NCBI GenBank assembly: GCA_963693365.1
Contig: CAVNZM010000024.1
Coordinates: 1 to 64,000 of the forward strand
DNA from: Amoebidium appalachense
Taxonomy: Eukaryota; Protista; Ichthyosporea
DNA: 64,000 bases
Direction: 5' to 3'
This document shows, one piece after another, positions 11,629 through 21,190 of the stretch. The translations under genes and the position numbers were made by a program. The stretch's first letter is position 1. Every line of letters starts with the position of its first letter. The notes under the pieces are model-generated. The model was not told the DNA's origin and searched no databases. It worked only from the letters and a program-made list of their open reading frames with translations.

Positions 11629-13915
11629 TTATTTACCCTTCTTCTTGCCCTTCTTCTTGCCCTTCTTCTTCTTGTCCTTGTTCCACTCCGAGTCAACCAT
11701 GGGCACGGCGTTCGAGTTGCCGCCGGAGTGCCGGAGGGCGAACCGTGCCAGGTGCAGCCAGTAGTCAGGATTGGGGGCTTGGCTGCCTGTTGCCTGTGAA
11801 GGCAGGACTCGTGCGTGCGGGTGTCGTGTGTGGCTGGGCAGGTCGCCAGGCCCGTACTCGTCGTGCCGGGTGCTTGGCCTTGACCTTGGCCAGGGGGGAG
11901 GGACGGGGCCGGGCTTGGGGGGCCTTGTGGCCTTGGTCTTGGACGTGGTCTTGGTGTCGGCAAGGAGGCCGGTGACATTATTGACACCCTCGAGTATGGC
12001 TGTCATGTTGTAGCCCTTGCTCTTTGCATAGTCCTGCGCCAGCACCCAGCCGAGCATTTTCAGCTCACCCATAGTGTCCCTCTCCCCCAGTATGGCCTCG
12101 GCAAGGTTACCTCCACCGGCTATACCGGCAAAACCTTCCCCGCCGGGCACAAGCCTCCGGGCTGCGTTAGCAAAGACCGCCTTCACGTAGGGGTCAATGA
12201 TAGGGTTGTCCCACCCCGTCCCGTCCCCCGCCACCCGGCTCAGGAACTCCTCCGGGCTTTCCCCCCTTAGCTTAGCGAACCGTTCCCACGCCCGCTCCCA
12301 CAGGCCGGGTGTGCTCGGCGCCGTGACCCCATTCTTCTCCTTCACAGACAGGGCAGGGGACGTGGGGGGTCTCCACACGTCAGGGGTCCCTCCACCTACC
12401 GGAGAGACCGTCACAGGCTTCTTGGTCTTTGGGTACGACATGTCGCCGTCGTGGCCGATGGTGGCGAGTGCAGTGGTGGTGGTGGGACCCTCAATGCCGA
12501 GTGGCCGGGGTAGGTCCTCCCCTCCGCGTGCATGGTACTCAAGCATGGCCTGTTTCGAAGCCTTAGGCTCGTTCTTCTTGATTCCCCAGGCAAACAACTT
12601 GATGGTTTGGTACACGGGGTCGGTCAGCATCCATTTCCACAGGTCGGGGCTCTCTTCCTTCAAGCGCACCTCCCAGTCCCACATGGGTTTCTGGAACTCG
12701 AAATACTCGGTAAAATCTGGCAGCTTCCACACCGTGAGGCCTCTCTCCTCTTCGGGGGCCGGGGTGTGCCCTTCAGGGGGCTTGACGGGCACCAGGGGAA
12801 AGGCCTCGGCCCACATCTGGAGCGGATAGTTCCCCGAGCCCGACTGCTTGGACGGCTGCATGACGGCAGGGGGGTTGGGTCCACGGTAGGCGGGGGACTG
12901 GGGTAGGGGTCGGGGGCGTAGGGGTGGGAAGGCTATGGTGGGGCCGTGGGCAGGTGCTACAGGGGCCTCCACCTGCTTGCCGGCGGTGGAGGGGGGCCGG
13001 GAGCCAGGACGGGCGCTGCTGGTGCGTGTCACGGGCAGGCCGGGCCCGGCGGCCCTGCTGGGGGCTGGCCGTGACCGGTGGGCCACGGACTGGGGCATGA
13101 AGCCCTTTGCCGTCACGGGCGGCTTGGCAGGCAGGTGGGGTGCCACCGGGGTCTTTGGCGGTCCCCCAGGGTGCCAGCCGGGGGATGGGTAAGGTATGGG
13201 TGGGCCGTCGGGCTTGGCCGGTAGGTGGGGGGCCACCGGGGTCTTTGGCGGTCCCCCAGGGTGCCAGCCGGGGGGTGGGTAAGGTATGGGTGGGCCGTCG
13301 GGCTTGGCCGGTAGGTGGGGTGCAACTGGGGTCTTTGGCGGGCCCCCAGGGTGCCAGCCGGGGGGTGGGTAGGGTAGGGGGTGGCTTGGCCGGCAGGTGG
13401 GGTGCCGCAGGGGTCTTTGGCGGGCCCCCAGGGTGCCAATCGGGGGGTGGGTAGGGTATGGGTGGGGCTTGAGGTGGTGGGGGTGCCTGGGTAGGTGTGG
13501 GGAACGGTACGGGTACGGGTGCCACGTCGGGTAAGGGAGAAGGGGGAGGTCTGGGCCTGGTCCACACGTATGAGCTACCATACTTGTCCTTGAGGTGGGG
13601 GTAGTAGTCCATATAGTCTAGGTCCACCTTAACCACCTCCGGCAGATGCCCGCCCCACAACGACCCACCGTTACGGTCGGGGTCCATGTACTTGAGCTTG
13701 AGAAAGGCCTCGGGGCCCTCCCTTACGAGCTTACGGTAATCATCCGGGTGCAACCGCTGCTGCAAAGACCCAAACAAACCGACAGGGAGTGCACGCCACG
13801 TTTCCCCATCGTGCGGGTGCTTGTAGCTGACACGGTAATAGCCCACACGTTGTAACCAACCCAAATCCTTGTCCAAGTCGTCAGTGTGCCCATCTTGCTG
13901 CACGTGTGTGGTCAT
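11629..13915 (-). CDS. Large proline-rich protein (~760 aa) with 4 x 30-aa repeats and Lys-rich C-terminus; one frameshift near 13375-13382
   Basis: ORF 12773-13924 (CCACCATG at 13915) and ORF 11629-13581 share the repeat PIPYPPPGWHPGGPPKTPVAPHLPAKP and join at a G-run. Ends KDKKKKGKKKGKKKGK. Confidence 0.7.
13125..13465 (-). repeat. ~90-bp coding tandem repeat, 4 copies
   Basis: GGGGTCTTTGGCGG(T/G)CCCCCAGGGTGCCA recurs at ~13148, 13238, 13328, 13410. Confidence 0.9.
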
Positions 13916-13948
13916 GGTGGACACGGTGTTGTTGTAAAGTGGTGTTTA

Positions 13949-14329
13949 TTATTTGGAGAACCCGGCATACTGTGCCATGGGTTGTCTGGTAAAGCTGTTC
14001 TGGGGGTCACCACTACGACCCACCCTCACGGGCGTAAAGTCAAGGTAGTAGGCCTGGTTGTTGAACGGGAGACCCCGGCTGCCCAGACCACTCCTGCCCG
14101 GCATGGAGGGTAGGTGGTTGTCGGGGGGTAGGTTGTTGAAAGTCGGCAGCTCACGGAACGGTACACCGTACACCCCGGCCTGGAAGGTACCGTCACTGTC
14201 CGTGTGTCGTGCACGGTAGGGGGCTGCATAGGCAGCCTCATACTCGGCCTGTGGAGCTACCTTGTAGCCGTACACGGCAGCCTGGGCGGGTGTAGGTGCC
14301 CACGGTATGGAGGTTGTGTCGGTAGCCAT
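13949..14329 (-). CDS. Hypothetical protein (126 aa), possibly small virion protein
   Basis: Clean ORF directly downstream of MCP with AACATGG start. Confidence 0.65.
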   Translation of the reverse strand: MATDTTSIPWAPTPAQAAVYGYKVAPQAEYEAAYAAPYRARHTDSDGTFQAGVYGVPFRELPTFNNLPPDNHLPSMPGRSGLGSRGLPFNNQAYYLDFTPVRVGRSGDPQNSFTRQPMAQYAGFSK

Positions 14330-14383
14330 GTTTGTCGTGTGTCAGTGCTTGTTGTATGTAGCCAGACACAATTTAGCGTGACT

Positions 14384-16132
14384 CTAGGCCTCCACCGTCA
14401 CCTCACGGGCACCAGACAGCACAAGCACGTTCTCATGGTGAACAAACGTGTCAAGGGTCAGGTCGTCGTACTCGTTGGCTCTGGAGGTGCCGCTGGTGAA
14501 CTTCTCCGTGTTGAGGTGCAGCAGAATGGGGGTGGCATCGGAGCTGGTGTCGAGGCCAGAGTACAGGTCACGGTCCCTCTCCAGGTCAAGGGCAATCATG
14601 AACTGTTTATCCGGCCAGGCGGTGCTGTTGTACATGCAGTCGGCCGTGACGTCGCCCAAGAAGTACAGGGCCTTGGCCAACTCCGCCCATGCCTCGGCAC
14701 AGTTGTTTGAGGACACTCGAATCTCGTCGAGGGGCTTCTGGTAGGGTCCTATCTTGATCTGGTAACTGGTGATGTTGCTACGCGTGGACCTGAACGTCTC
14801 GCTGTTGGCCTGGGCCCAGTCGTTGCCACTCCTCACGAGGGACAACAGGGACTTGACGTTCCGCCCCCGGAACGAAATGTGCAGGTCGGCAGGACTACCC
14901 CCTTTGACGTAGCTCTGGAAATGGGTGAACGTGCTGTATGGAATATACACGTTCTTCTCCATCAGAGCCTTCTCAAAGCCGGCCGTGTACACGGCATTCC
15001 ACTCGATGATTTCACAGTGGAAGACGGGGTTGATAATTTCGTAGGACACGTCCTTCACCCATTCCCCGTTCTCGGTGGGCACGTACAGCACCTGGTTGGC
15101 CTCCCCGAGAGACAGTTCGATCTGTACCTCCCCCATGTAGGACAAGGGCAGGTACCTGCCGGAACGCATGAGGCCGAGCTTGAGCTGATGAATGTAGGTG
15201 AACCCGTCGGTGGCATCGATCTGGGCCTGCATGTTGGCCTGGTGGGGAGGCCACTTGGCCACCCTCTTGGTGTAGTCGAGGTACTTGCCGTCCGTAATGC
15301 GGTCCTTGCCGGGCACATTGCCGGCCTCGGCGGGTGTGGGCACCAGGGTCTCGTCGGCAAGGGGGGCTACGTCCTTGAGCTTTTCAATACCAAACAGCTT
15401 CTTGAGCGGGTCGGGGTTGAAGAGGGCGTATTTACTATCGACCGACGTATTCCACTTGTCAGCGTACTCCCAGTCGTCGTCCTGGGGCCCGTAGGTGCCG
15501 TGCATGCGGCCGGCAGGGCAGTTGCCGTAATCAGCCGACGACAGGAAGCGTTCAAGGTTGATCATGAGGTGGTTGTACCCAGAAATGTCCTCCACGGTAG
15601 TGCCGTTGATGGACACACGGGCACGGTCAAAGGGGGCAGCCGAGGAGCACAGGTGACCACCCATCATGGCCATACCCTCCAGGTTGCGGACCTTGAGAGG
15701 GAAAATGTCCTTACTGGCAACAGGCGTCGGATTGAGGGTGTCGGTTGCAAGCGTCGCGGGCTGGGGTACAGTGGTACCCTCATAGCTGACAGTGTCCGCA
15801 TCGCTGACAATGGGGTGGTCGAGCTGGCCGGGGAGGGGGAACTTGCGCATTCTCTCCACCTTGACACCCACGTTCTCGGGGGCGTTGGGGACGTTGGCCT
15901 TGAACTGGAACGTCATGTAGCTGTTGAGACAGTCCAGGAAGCCCACGGCAGGCAGGGAGAACCGAATCACACGCTGCCCCTTGGAGCTGTACGTCGAGCC
16001 GGTCACCGGGTAGGTCTTGACGGTCGACCGGCGGTTAATGTGGCTGAGCTCGACGGGCGAGTAGGTGCCGGCGTCCGTCAGCTTGTGGTAGGCCAGGTTG
16101 AGGGGCACGGAGGCGTCGTAGGGGGCTGCCAT
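14384..16132 (-). CDS. Major capsid protein, Polinton-like virus double-jelly-roll type (582 aa)
   Basis: PLV MCP-like motifs IRFSLPAVGFLDCLNSYMTF, VSINGTTVEDISGYN, GLMRSGRYLPLSYMGEVQIELSL, ITSYQIKIG, FMIALDLE; adjacent to packaging ATPase. Confidence 0.85.
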   Translation of the reverse strand: MAAPYDASVPLNLAYHKLTDAGTYSPVELSHINRRSTVKTYPVTGSTYSSKGQRVIRFSLPAVGFLDCLNSYMTFQFKANVPNAPENVGVKVERMRKFPLPGQLDHPIVSDADTVSYEGTTVPQPATLATDTLNPTPVASKDIFPLKVRNLEGMAMMGGHLCSSAAPFDRARVSINGTTVEDISGYNHLMINLERFLSSADYGNCPAGRMHGTYGPQDDDWEYADKWNTSVDSKYALFNPDPLKKLFGIEKLKDVAPLADETLVPTPAEAGNVPGKDRITDGKYLDYTKRVAKWPPHQANMQAQIDATDGFTYIHQLKLGLMRSGRYLPLSYMGEVQIELSLGEANQVLYVPTENGEWVKDVSYEIINPVFHCEIIEWNAVYTAGFEKALMEKNVYIPYSTFTHFQSYVKGGSPADLHISFRGRNVKSLLSLVRSGNDWAQANSETFRSTRSNITSYQIKIGPYQKPLDEIRVSSNNCAEAWAELAKALYFLGDVTADCMYNSTAWPDKQFMIALDLERDRDLYSGLDTSSDATPILLHLNTEKFTSGTSRANEYDDLTLDTFVHHENVLVLSGAREVTVEA

Positions 16133-16144
16133 GTTGCCGGTGTG

Positions 16145-16888
16145 TTACTCATGGTCGACATTTTTTTCACCCGTGCCGAGCACCACCTCCTCCTCAAAAT
16201 TGCGGAACATTCGGCCCTCATTCAGCCGGATGAACAAAAAATCGTGCTTGTCCCGGTAGACCGTGTCCATGAGCTCGAAAAACTGGGGGGTTTCGAGGGC
16301 CGGCAAGAACTCGTCCCTCAACACCTTGAGCTCGGTGTTGTTGGTGTTCTTAAAATAGACCAAGGCATCGGCCTGGCTACGCAGCTCGAGGGGGATCTTG
16401 TTCAATTTCTGCCCCACCATCATCACCGACACACCGATGTGTCGTCGGTTCTGTGCCATACGGACAAATTCACGGAGGTTGCCGGATTTTCTGAAAATGT
16501 GGGACATGTCGTCAAACACCAACAACATCCGGTAGTTGGGGTTAACCTTCTTGTGTTGGAGGGACAGTTTGAGGATCTCGGGGAGGAAGGTGACGTCCTG
16601 GTGCAGGCGGGCCTTGGGAATTTTCAGGGCCGTGCCGAGGGTGTGCATGCTCGGGCTGAAAATGTACACACGGTCAAACTGTTTATTGTAGAACTCGCCC
16701 TCCCGGGCAATGAGGTTGACGAGCAGGTTGGACTTGCCAGAACCAGGCTGGCCAATAAGCAAAAAGAAGAACACGTTGTCCATGAGGGGGTACGGTACGT
16801 TGAGTTTGGTGTCACACGTCATCGGAATGTGCTCCACCGACAGTGGTGCCGGCAGGGGGTTCACGGCTATGGGTGGGGCAGGGTGCAT
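16145..16888 (-). CDS. A32/FtsK-HerA-family genome packaging ATPase
   Basis: Walker A GQPGSGKS, VYIFSPS, Walker B LLVFDD, NRRHIGVS...Q...IP..LR motif. Confidence 0.9.
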   Translation of the reverse strand: MHPAPPIAVNPLPAPLSVEHIPMTCDTKLNVPYPLMDNVFFFLLIGQPGSGKSNLLVNLIAREGEFYNKQFDRVYIFSPSMHTLGTALKIPKARLHQDVTFLPEILKLSLQHKKVNPNYRMLLVFDDMSHIFRKSGNLREFVRMAQNRRHIGVSVMMVGQKLNKIPLELRSQADALVYFKNTNNTELKVLRDEFLPALETPQFFELMDTVYRDKHDFLFIRLNEGRMFRNFEEEVVLGTGEKNVDHE

Positions 16889-16916
16889 GGTGTCACTCAG
16901 TGTACGGTAGCTAAAA

Positions 16917-17153
16917 TTAATGACGGCAGCTGTCGATTTGCACGTTGTAGACGGTAAACTCGTCGAGGCACTTGAAGCTGCAGAGGTACATGGGCTCGTC
17001 CCCCAGCCACGTCATGGTGCACCCACAGTCAAAGTCATAGCCCTGCCCCTCCTCCTGGGTGGCACACCGGAACCAGTGCCCACAGAAGTCGCACGCGTGC
17101 TGCCACGGCTCGGCATCCGTGTCGGACACGCTCTTGGACATTGTAACGACCAT
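16917..17153 (-). CDS. Small Cys-rich putative zinc-binding protein
   Basis: CDFC...C...CGC...CSFKC pattern; AACATGG start. Confidence 0.55.
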   Translation of the reverse strand: MVVTMSKSVSDTDAEPWQHACDFCGHWFRCATQEEGQGYDFDCGCTMTWLGDEPMYLCSFKCLDEFTVYNVQIDSCRH

Positions 17154-17246
17154 GTTGGTTGACCGTGTTTGATAGTGGGTACACATTTTTTGGACGGGTG
17201 GACGTCCAACGTTGGAAAAAATGTGTCCCTACTGGTAACACCAACA

Positions 17247-17837
17247 ATGTCAACCGACGAGAACCAAATCGAACGCATGTCGGACAATGAGGCCGACCAA
17301 CCGGTGACCAAGGGGGCCACCAACACCGGTATGGGTGTGGAGCCCATGGTGCTGGAAGCAGGCAACGTGGCAAGGGCCAAACGGCAACCCACGGTACGGC
17401 AGCTGGAGGCCTTGGAGAAGGGTAGGAGCACACGTGTGGAACGCATGCGTAGGAACAAGGACTATATCCGTGAACTTGAGCAGAAGCTGCAGGTGCTGGA
17501 GACCCGCCCGACCGACCCCCCACCCCCAGCAGCAGCACCGGCACCCCCAAAGGCCCCCCGACCGAAGCAGAAGAAGGCCCCACGGAAACCCATGACAAGG
17601 GTGGCCTTTGAAGAGGAGGACAGCTACGAGGAGAGTGACGGGTATGACAACCCGTACAACCCCTACTTCGGGCAGTACTACATGCCCCCACCCCCGCCCC
17701 CGCCCCCTATGGGTGCACCGACACGTCACAGCATGCCCCACACGGGCTACGGCTCGTACCACACACAGGCAGCACAGGCGGCACCTCCCCCGCAGCGTAG
17801 TTACAGTGACCACATTGCCAACCTCATCTCATGGTGA
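17247..17837 (+). CDS. Hypothetical protein with basic helix and Pro-rich tail
   Basis: KRQPTVRQLEALEKGRSTR helix; ACAATG start; coding-like bias. Confidence 0.7.
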   Translation: MSTDENQIERMSDNEADQPVTKGATNTGMGVEPMVLEAGNVARAKRQPTVRQLEALEKGRSTRVERMRRNKDYIRELEQKLQVLETRPTDPPPPAAAPAPPKAPRPKQKKAPRKPMTRVAFEEEDSYEESDGYDNPYNPYFGQYYMPPPPPPPPMGAPTRHSMPHTGYGSYHTQAAQAAPPPQRSYSDHIANLISW

Positions 17838-17878
17838 AAAATTCGCACATACCACTAGTAGCTAGGCTACATGTAGGC

Positions 17879-18172
17879 ATGGCCACCCCGAAGAACATGA
17901 AGAACCTACCGTCGGCATACTCGTCACCCTTCACCTTTGACGACTACTTGCAGTTCTACATACGGCACGGTACCGACAAACCGTTTGACCCGGTCGGCAA
18001 CATGGAAGGGAAGAAGCCCGAAAACAAAATCGAGAAAAAGTTCCGGCAGCTGAAGAAGAAGGTGCCTGTGGACCGACAGGAGGAGTTGAGGAAGGTGCTG
18101 GAGTACGAAGCCCAGCTTGATGCACGCATGCTTGCCCACATACAGAAACAGGAGGGGGAGACCAATATCTAG
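17879..18172 (+). CDS. Hypothetical protein (~97 aa)
   Basis: Charged helical ORF with coding-like bias. Confidence 0.6.
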   Translation: MATPKNMKNLPSAYSSPFTFDDYLQFYIRHGTDKPFDPVGNMEGKKPENKIEKKFRQLKKKVPVDRQEELRKVLEYEAQLDARMLAHIQKQEGETNI

Positions 18173-18414
18173 GGGTACGACCGACCCCCACCCCGCCGGC
18201 CGGCCCGGAAGGACCTCTGCATGTAGCTGACGTTGCTGCCCACGTAGGCCAAGTTCTGGGCTGCACGGCTAATGTCCAACACGGTCCGGAACCTATCCCA
18301 GTGCTCGTTGGGGTGTACAATGACGGTGTGGTTGCGTGGTGCTGCCACCTGGTCCTGCCGGGGTGGTTGCCAGTACTCGGCCTCGTTGGTGTAACCCGTA
18401 CCTTGGAAATTCAT
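18169..18414 (-). CDS. Small hypothetical protein (~81 aa)
   Basis: CCACCATG start; downstream of minor capsid. Confidence 0.5.
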   Translation of the reverse strand: MNFQGTGYTNEAEYWQPPRQDQVAAPRNHTVIVHPNEHWDRFRTVLDISRAAQNLAYVGSNVSYMQRSFRAGRRGGGRSYP

Positions 18415-18455
18415 GGTGGTGGTGTATATTGGCTGGTGGTGAAAATATGCAACAC

Positions 18456-19514
18456 CTAGCCGAACCGTTGTGGCTTGCTCATGGGTCGGACAACCGTAGA
18501 CCCTGGGGGTCTGGGAATACGTCTCAGACACAATAAAAAGGTCACGTCACCTCTCATCCGTACAACGTTGCCGTAACAGCTCACCAGCCTCACTGTGAGT
18601 GAGTTGATGTGTGTGCTGACGTCGAGTGGTAGCTCGATGACTGCCCCGTTGTCAAAGAACGGGACGGTGATGTTGGGAAAGGTAGGAATGACGGCCAGCA
18701 CGTCCTTGCTGGGGTAGGAGGACTGAAACTTGACGTCGGCGTTGGCAACACTCACGGACGACTCGGCATTCACACCGTGAAGCTCAAGGAGGAAGTGGGT
18801 GGGGAAACACCCAACATTAGGAGCCACGTTCTCATCCCTGCCGGGCTTTGAGCTAACCAGGCCATCCCCCACGTTCATGCCGGCCGCGGCCGCCACTACC
18901 GGTGAGTCGAACCACATGAGGTACTGGGTGTCGGGTACACCGTTAACAAACTTAATCCGGCCGGTCTTCTCGTCGTACCTCAACTCCACCTCCCCGTCAG
19001 CAGGTTTGTCCGTGCCAAGTACGCTCGTAAGGTACCTATCAAGCAGGAACTGCAACCAATGCCCCATATACGACCCAAAGACGTTTTCGGTACTCTCCAA
19101 GTCTCGGGATAACTCGTTGCTGCTTCCACGGCCCACAAAGACACCCGTCGGGCTTACCCCTACCTCCCACAGAGGTATGGTATGCCAGGACTTCTTGCCA
19201 AGATTGGCTAGCAACTCGTCGGGTGTGGCCTCAAAGTACAGACGCTGGATGTCGGCGGGTGGGCCCCACCCCCCTCCCGGGGTCGGTAGCTGGCGGGCCA
19301 TGTTGACATAACACTCATCACGGGGGTACGGGTAGTAGTAGGTGGTGGGGGTGGTCATGGTGCTCACCCACTTGACCCCCAACGACGTGTTCTGCTGGAA
19401 GCCGATCGGGGGAGACAGCATGGCCTTCATTTCCACGGGGGCAGGGTCCTGCTGGCCTTGCACAAAGTCACCGACGTGTTGCATGACTACGAGGTGTGTT
19501 GGGGCCTGGTCCAT
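18456..19514 (-). CDS. Minor capsid (penton) protein, single-jelly-roll type
   Basis: N-terminal LSPPIGF...LGVKWV; C-terminal DVLAVIP...INSLTVRLVSCYGNVVRMRGDVTFLLCL, typical of Polinton/PLV pentons; CCACCATG start. Confidence 0.7.
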   Translation of the reverse strand: MDQAPTHLVVMQHVGDFVQGQQDPAPVEMKAMLSPPIGFQQNTSLGVKWVSTMTTPTTYYYPYPRDECYVNMARQLPTPGGGWGPPADIQRLYFEATPDELLANLGKKSWHTIPLWEVGVSPTGVFVGRGSSNELSRDLESTENVFGSYMGHWLQFLLDRYLTSVLGTDKPADGEVELRYDEKTGRIKFVNGVPDTQYLMWFDSPVVAAAAGMNVGDGLVSSKPGRDENVAPNVGCFPTHFLLELHGVNAESSVSVANADVKFQSSYPSKDVLAVIPTFPNITVPFFDNGAVIELPLDVSTHINSLTVRLVSCYGNVVRMRGDVTFLLCLRRIPRPPGSTVVRPMSKPQRFG

Positions 19515-19595
19515 GGTGGTAGAGGGCACATATACCGTTACAAAATGCCGTACAAAAATTCAGCGTCATGTAGTAACGTGCATGCTCTTGCAACC

Positions 19596-20950
19596 ATGCC
19601 CAGATCACTCAACTGGACCGTAGCCGACGGGCTTGCGCTCACGAACCGTCGAAAAGACGGCTACTACGTGGGACTGGTGGCCAACACAACAGGCCACACA
19701 CACGATGCATACGACCTGACGTTGCCGATAACCGGACCGGCCACATTTGCCTACATGGCATGTGACCCCAGCGGCAAAATGTCGTTTGTGGACGCTGCCG
19801 ACGTGCCCACCGATGCCACCGTGCAGGCACTGGGGGCCAGGGTGGCTGCCGTGGAGGGTGAAAACACCGTGCAGAACACCGACATTGCCGGACTCAGAAC
19901 CACGACAGGGACCTTGGGCACGAGACTGGCAGTTGTGGAAGACAAGGCCACCACAGCCCTCAACACAGCCAACGGTGCCGTGACAGTCAACAGCACCCAA
20001 AACACGGACATTGTCGGCCTCAAGACCACCACAGGGAACTTGGACATGCGGCTTACTGCCGTAGAGGGTAGGGTCACCACTACCCTAGATGTGGCCAACG
20101 GGGCCGTGACGGTCAACACCACACAGAACACGGACATTGCCGGCCTCAAGACCACCACAGGGAGCCTGGACACGAGGCTGACGGCAGTGGAGAGCAAGGC
20201 CACCACAGCCCTCAGCACGGCCAACGGTGCAGTGACGGTCAACACCACCCAGGGTACGGACATTGCCGGCCTCAAGACCACCACGGGGAGCCTGGACACG
20301 AGGCTGACGGCAGTGGAGAGCAAGGCCACCACTGCCCTCAACACGGCCAACGGTGCGGTGACGGTCAACACCACGCAGAACACGGACATTGCCAGTCTGA
20401 AGAGTACCACGGGTAGCACGACACTCGGCCTCGACGTCAACCGGCTCAACACGCTCGTCGGTCTCCACGACACGGCCGTGGCTACCCTGACCACAGACAT
20501 GGGTGCCATCAAACCCCGTACTGCCGTCGGCAGACGGCATAGAGGGCATGCTGCTCAGCAACAGGCTGGCCGTACGAGGGGGGGAGCCGGCGCACGGGCC
20601 CGGCCTACCTGACGGTGAAAGTACACCATGCTGCCGCCCAGGGGTGGAACGTTGCCGGAAAGGCTGCATGGGAGGACACGATCAGCATATACAGGTCAAC
20701 GTACGAGCCAGTCATTAAACCCCAGTGTATATCATCGCCGGGGGCCGAACTCATGGTGATTGTCTACTTCTGGACACTAGGGACCAACGGTGTGCGCAAG
20801 TATGTCACCCACGTGGGCTCCCTACCCATGTCGTGCGTGTCCCCGTGGGACATAAACAACATCTACCCGTTTGCGCTGGGCTCCGGCATGTTGGAGGGGG
20901 CCATTGTTCCCACAGGAACGGGACTGACTTTCGGTTCAAGCTCAAGGTAA
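19596..20950 (+). CDS. Fibre/spike protein with 42-aa coiled-coil stalk repeats; 3' part frameshifted (true end possibly ~21090-21145)
   Basis: QNTDIAGLKTTTGSLDTRLTAVESKATTALNTANGAVTVNTT repeats. Reading continues through ORFs 20503-20718 and 20615-20950 after shifts near 20515 and 20600. Confidence 0.7.
19872..20420 (+). repeat. 126-bp coding tandem repeat, ~4.4 copies
   Basis: Unit starts at 19872, 19998, 20124, 20250, 20376. Confidence 0.9.
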
Positions 20951-21190
20951 GGCTGACAAAGCTCTTCCAGACCGACACAGAGAGCTATGCAAGCGTTGCC
21001 GGCTACATCAAACTTTGACGTGCTGGTGTTGGCAAAGTACCCACGGTTTACCGACTATTCAAGGACAAGGCCAGCATTCCCCGCACCAACATAGTTACCC
21101 ACCCTCCCACCTTCTATGCAGACCTTCGAATGAACGAGGGGTAGCGGCCCGGGGTCAAAGGATTATTTCTAACACACTAGTAAACCCACC

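Noticed and set aside
14879-16957. 692-aa plus-strand ORF, and similar long ORFs at 54875-56431, 52432-53592 and 35664-36572
   Set aside because: Antisense shadows of GC3-rich real genes (MCP/ATPase, helicase, Bro-like, PCNA).
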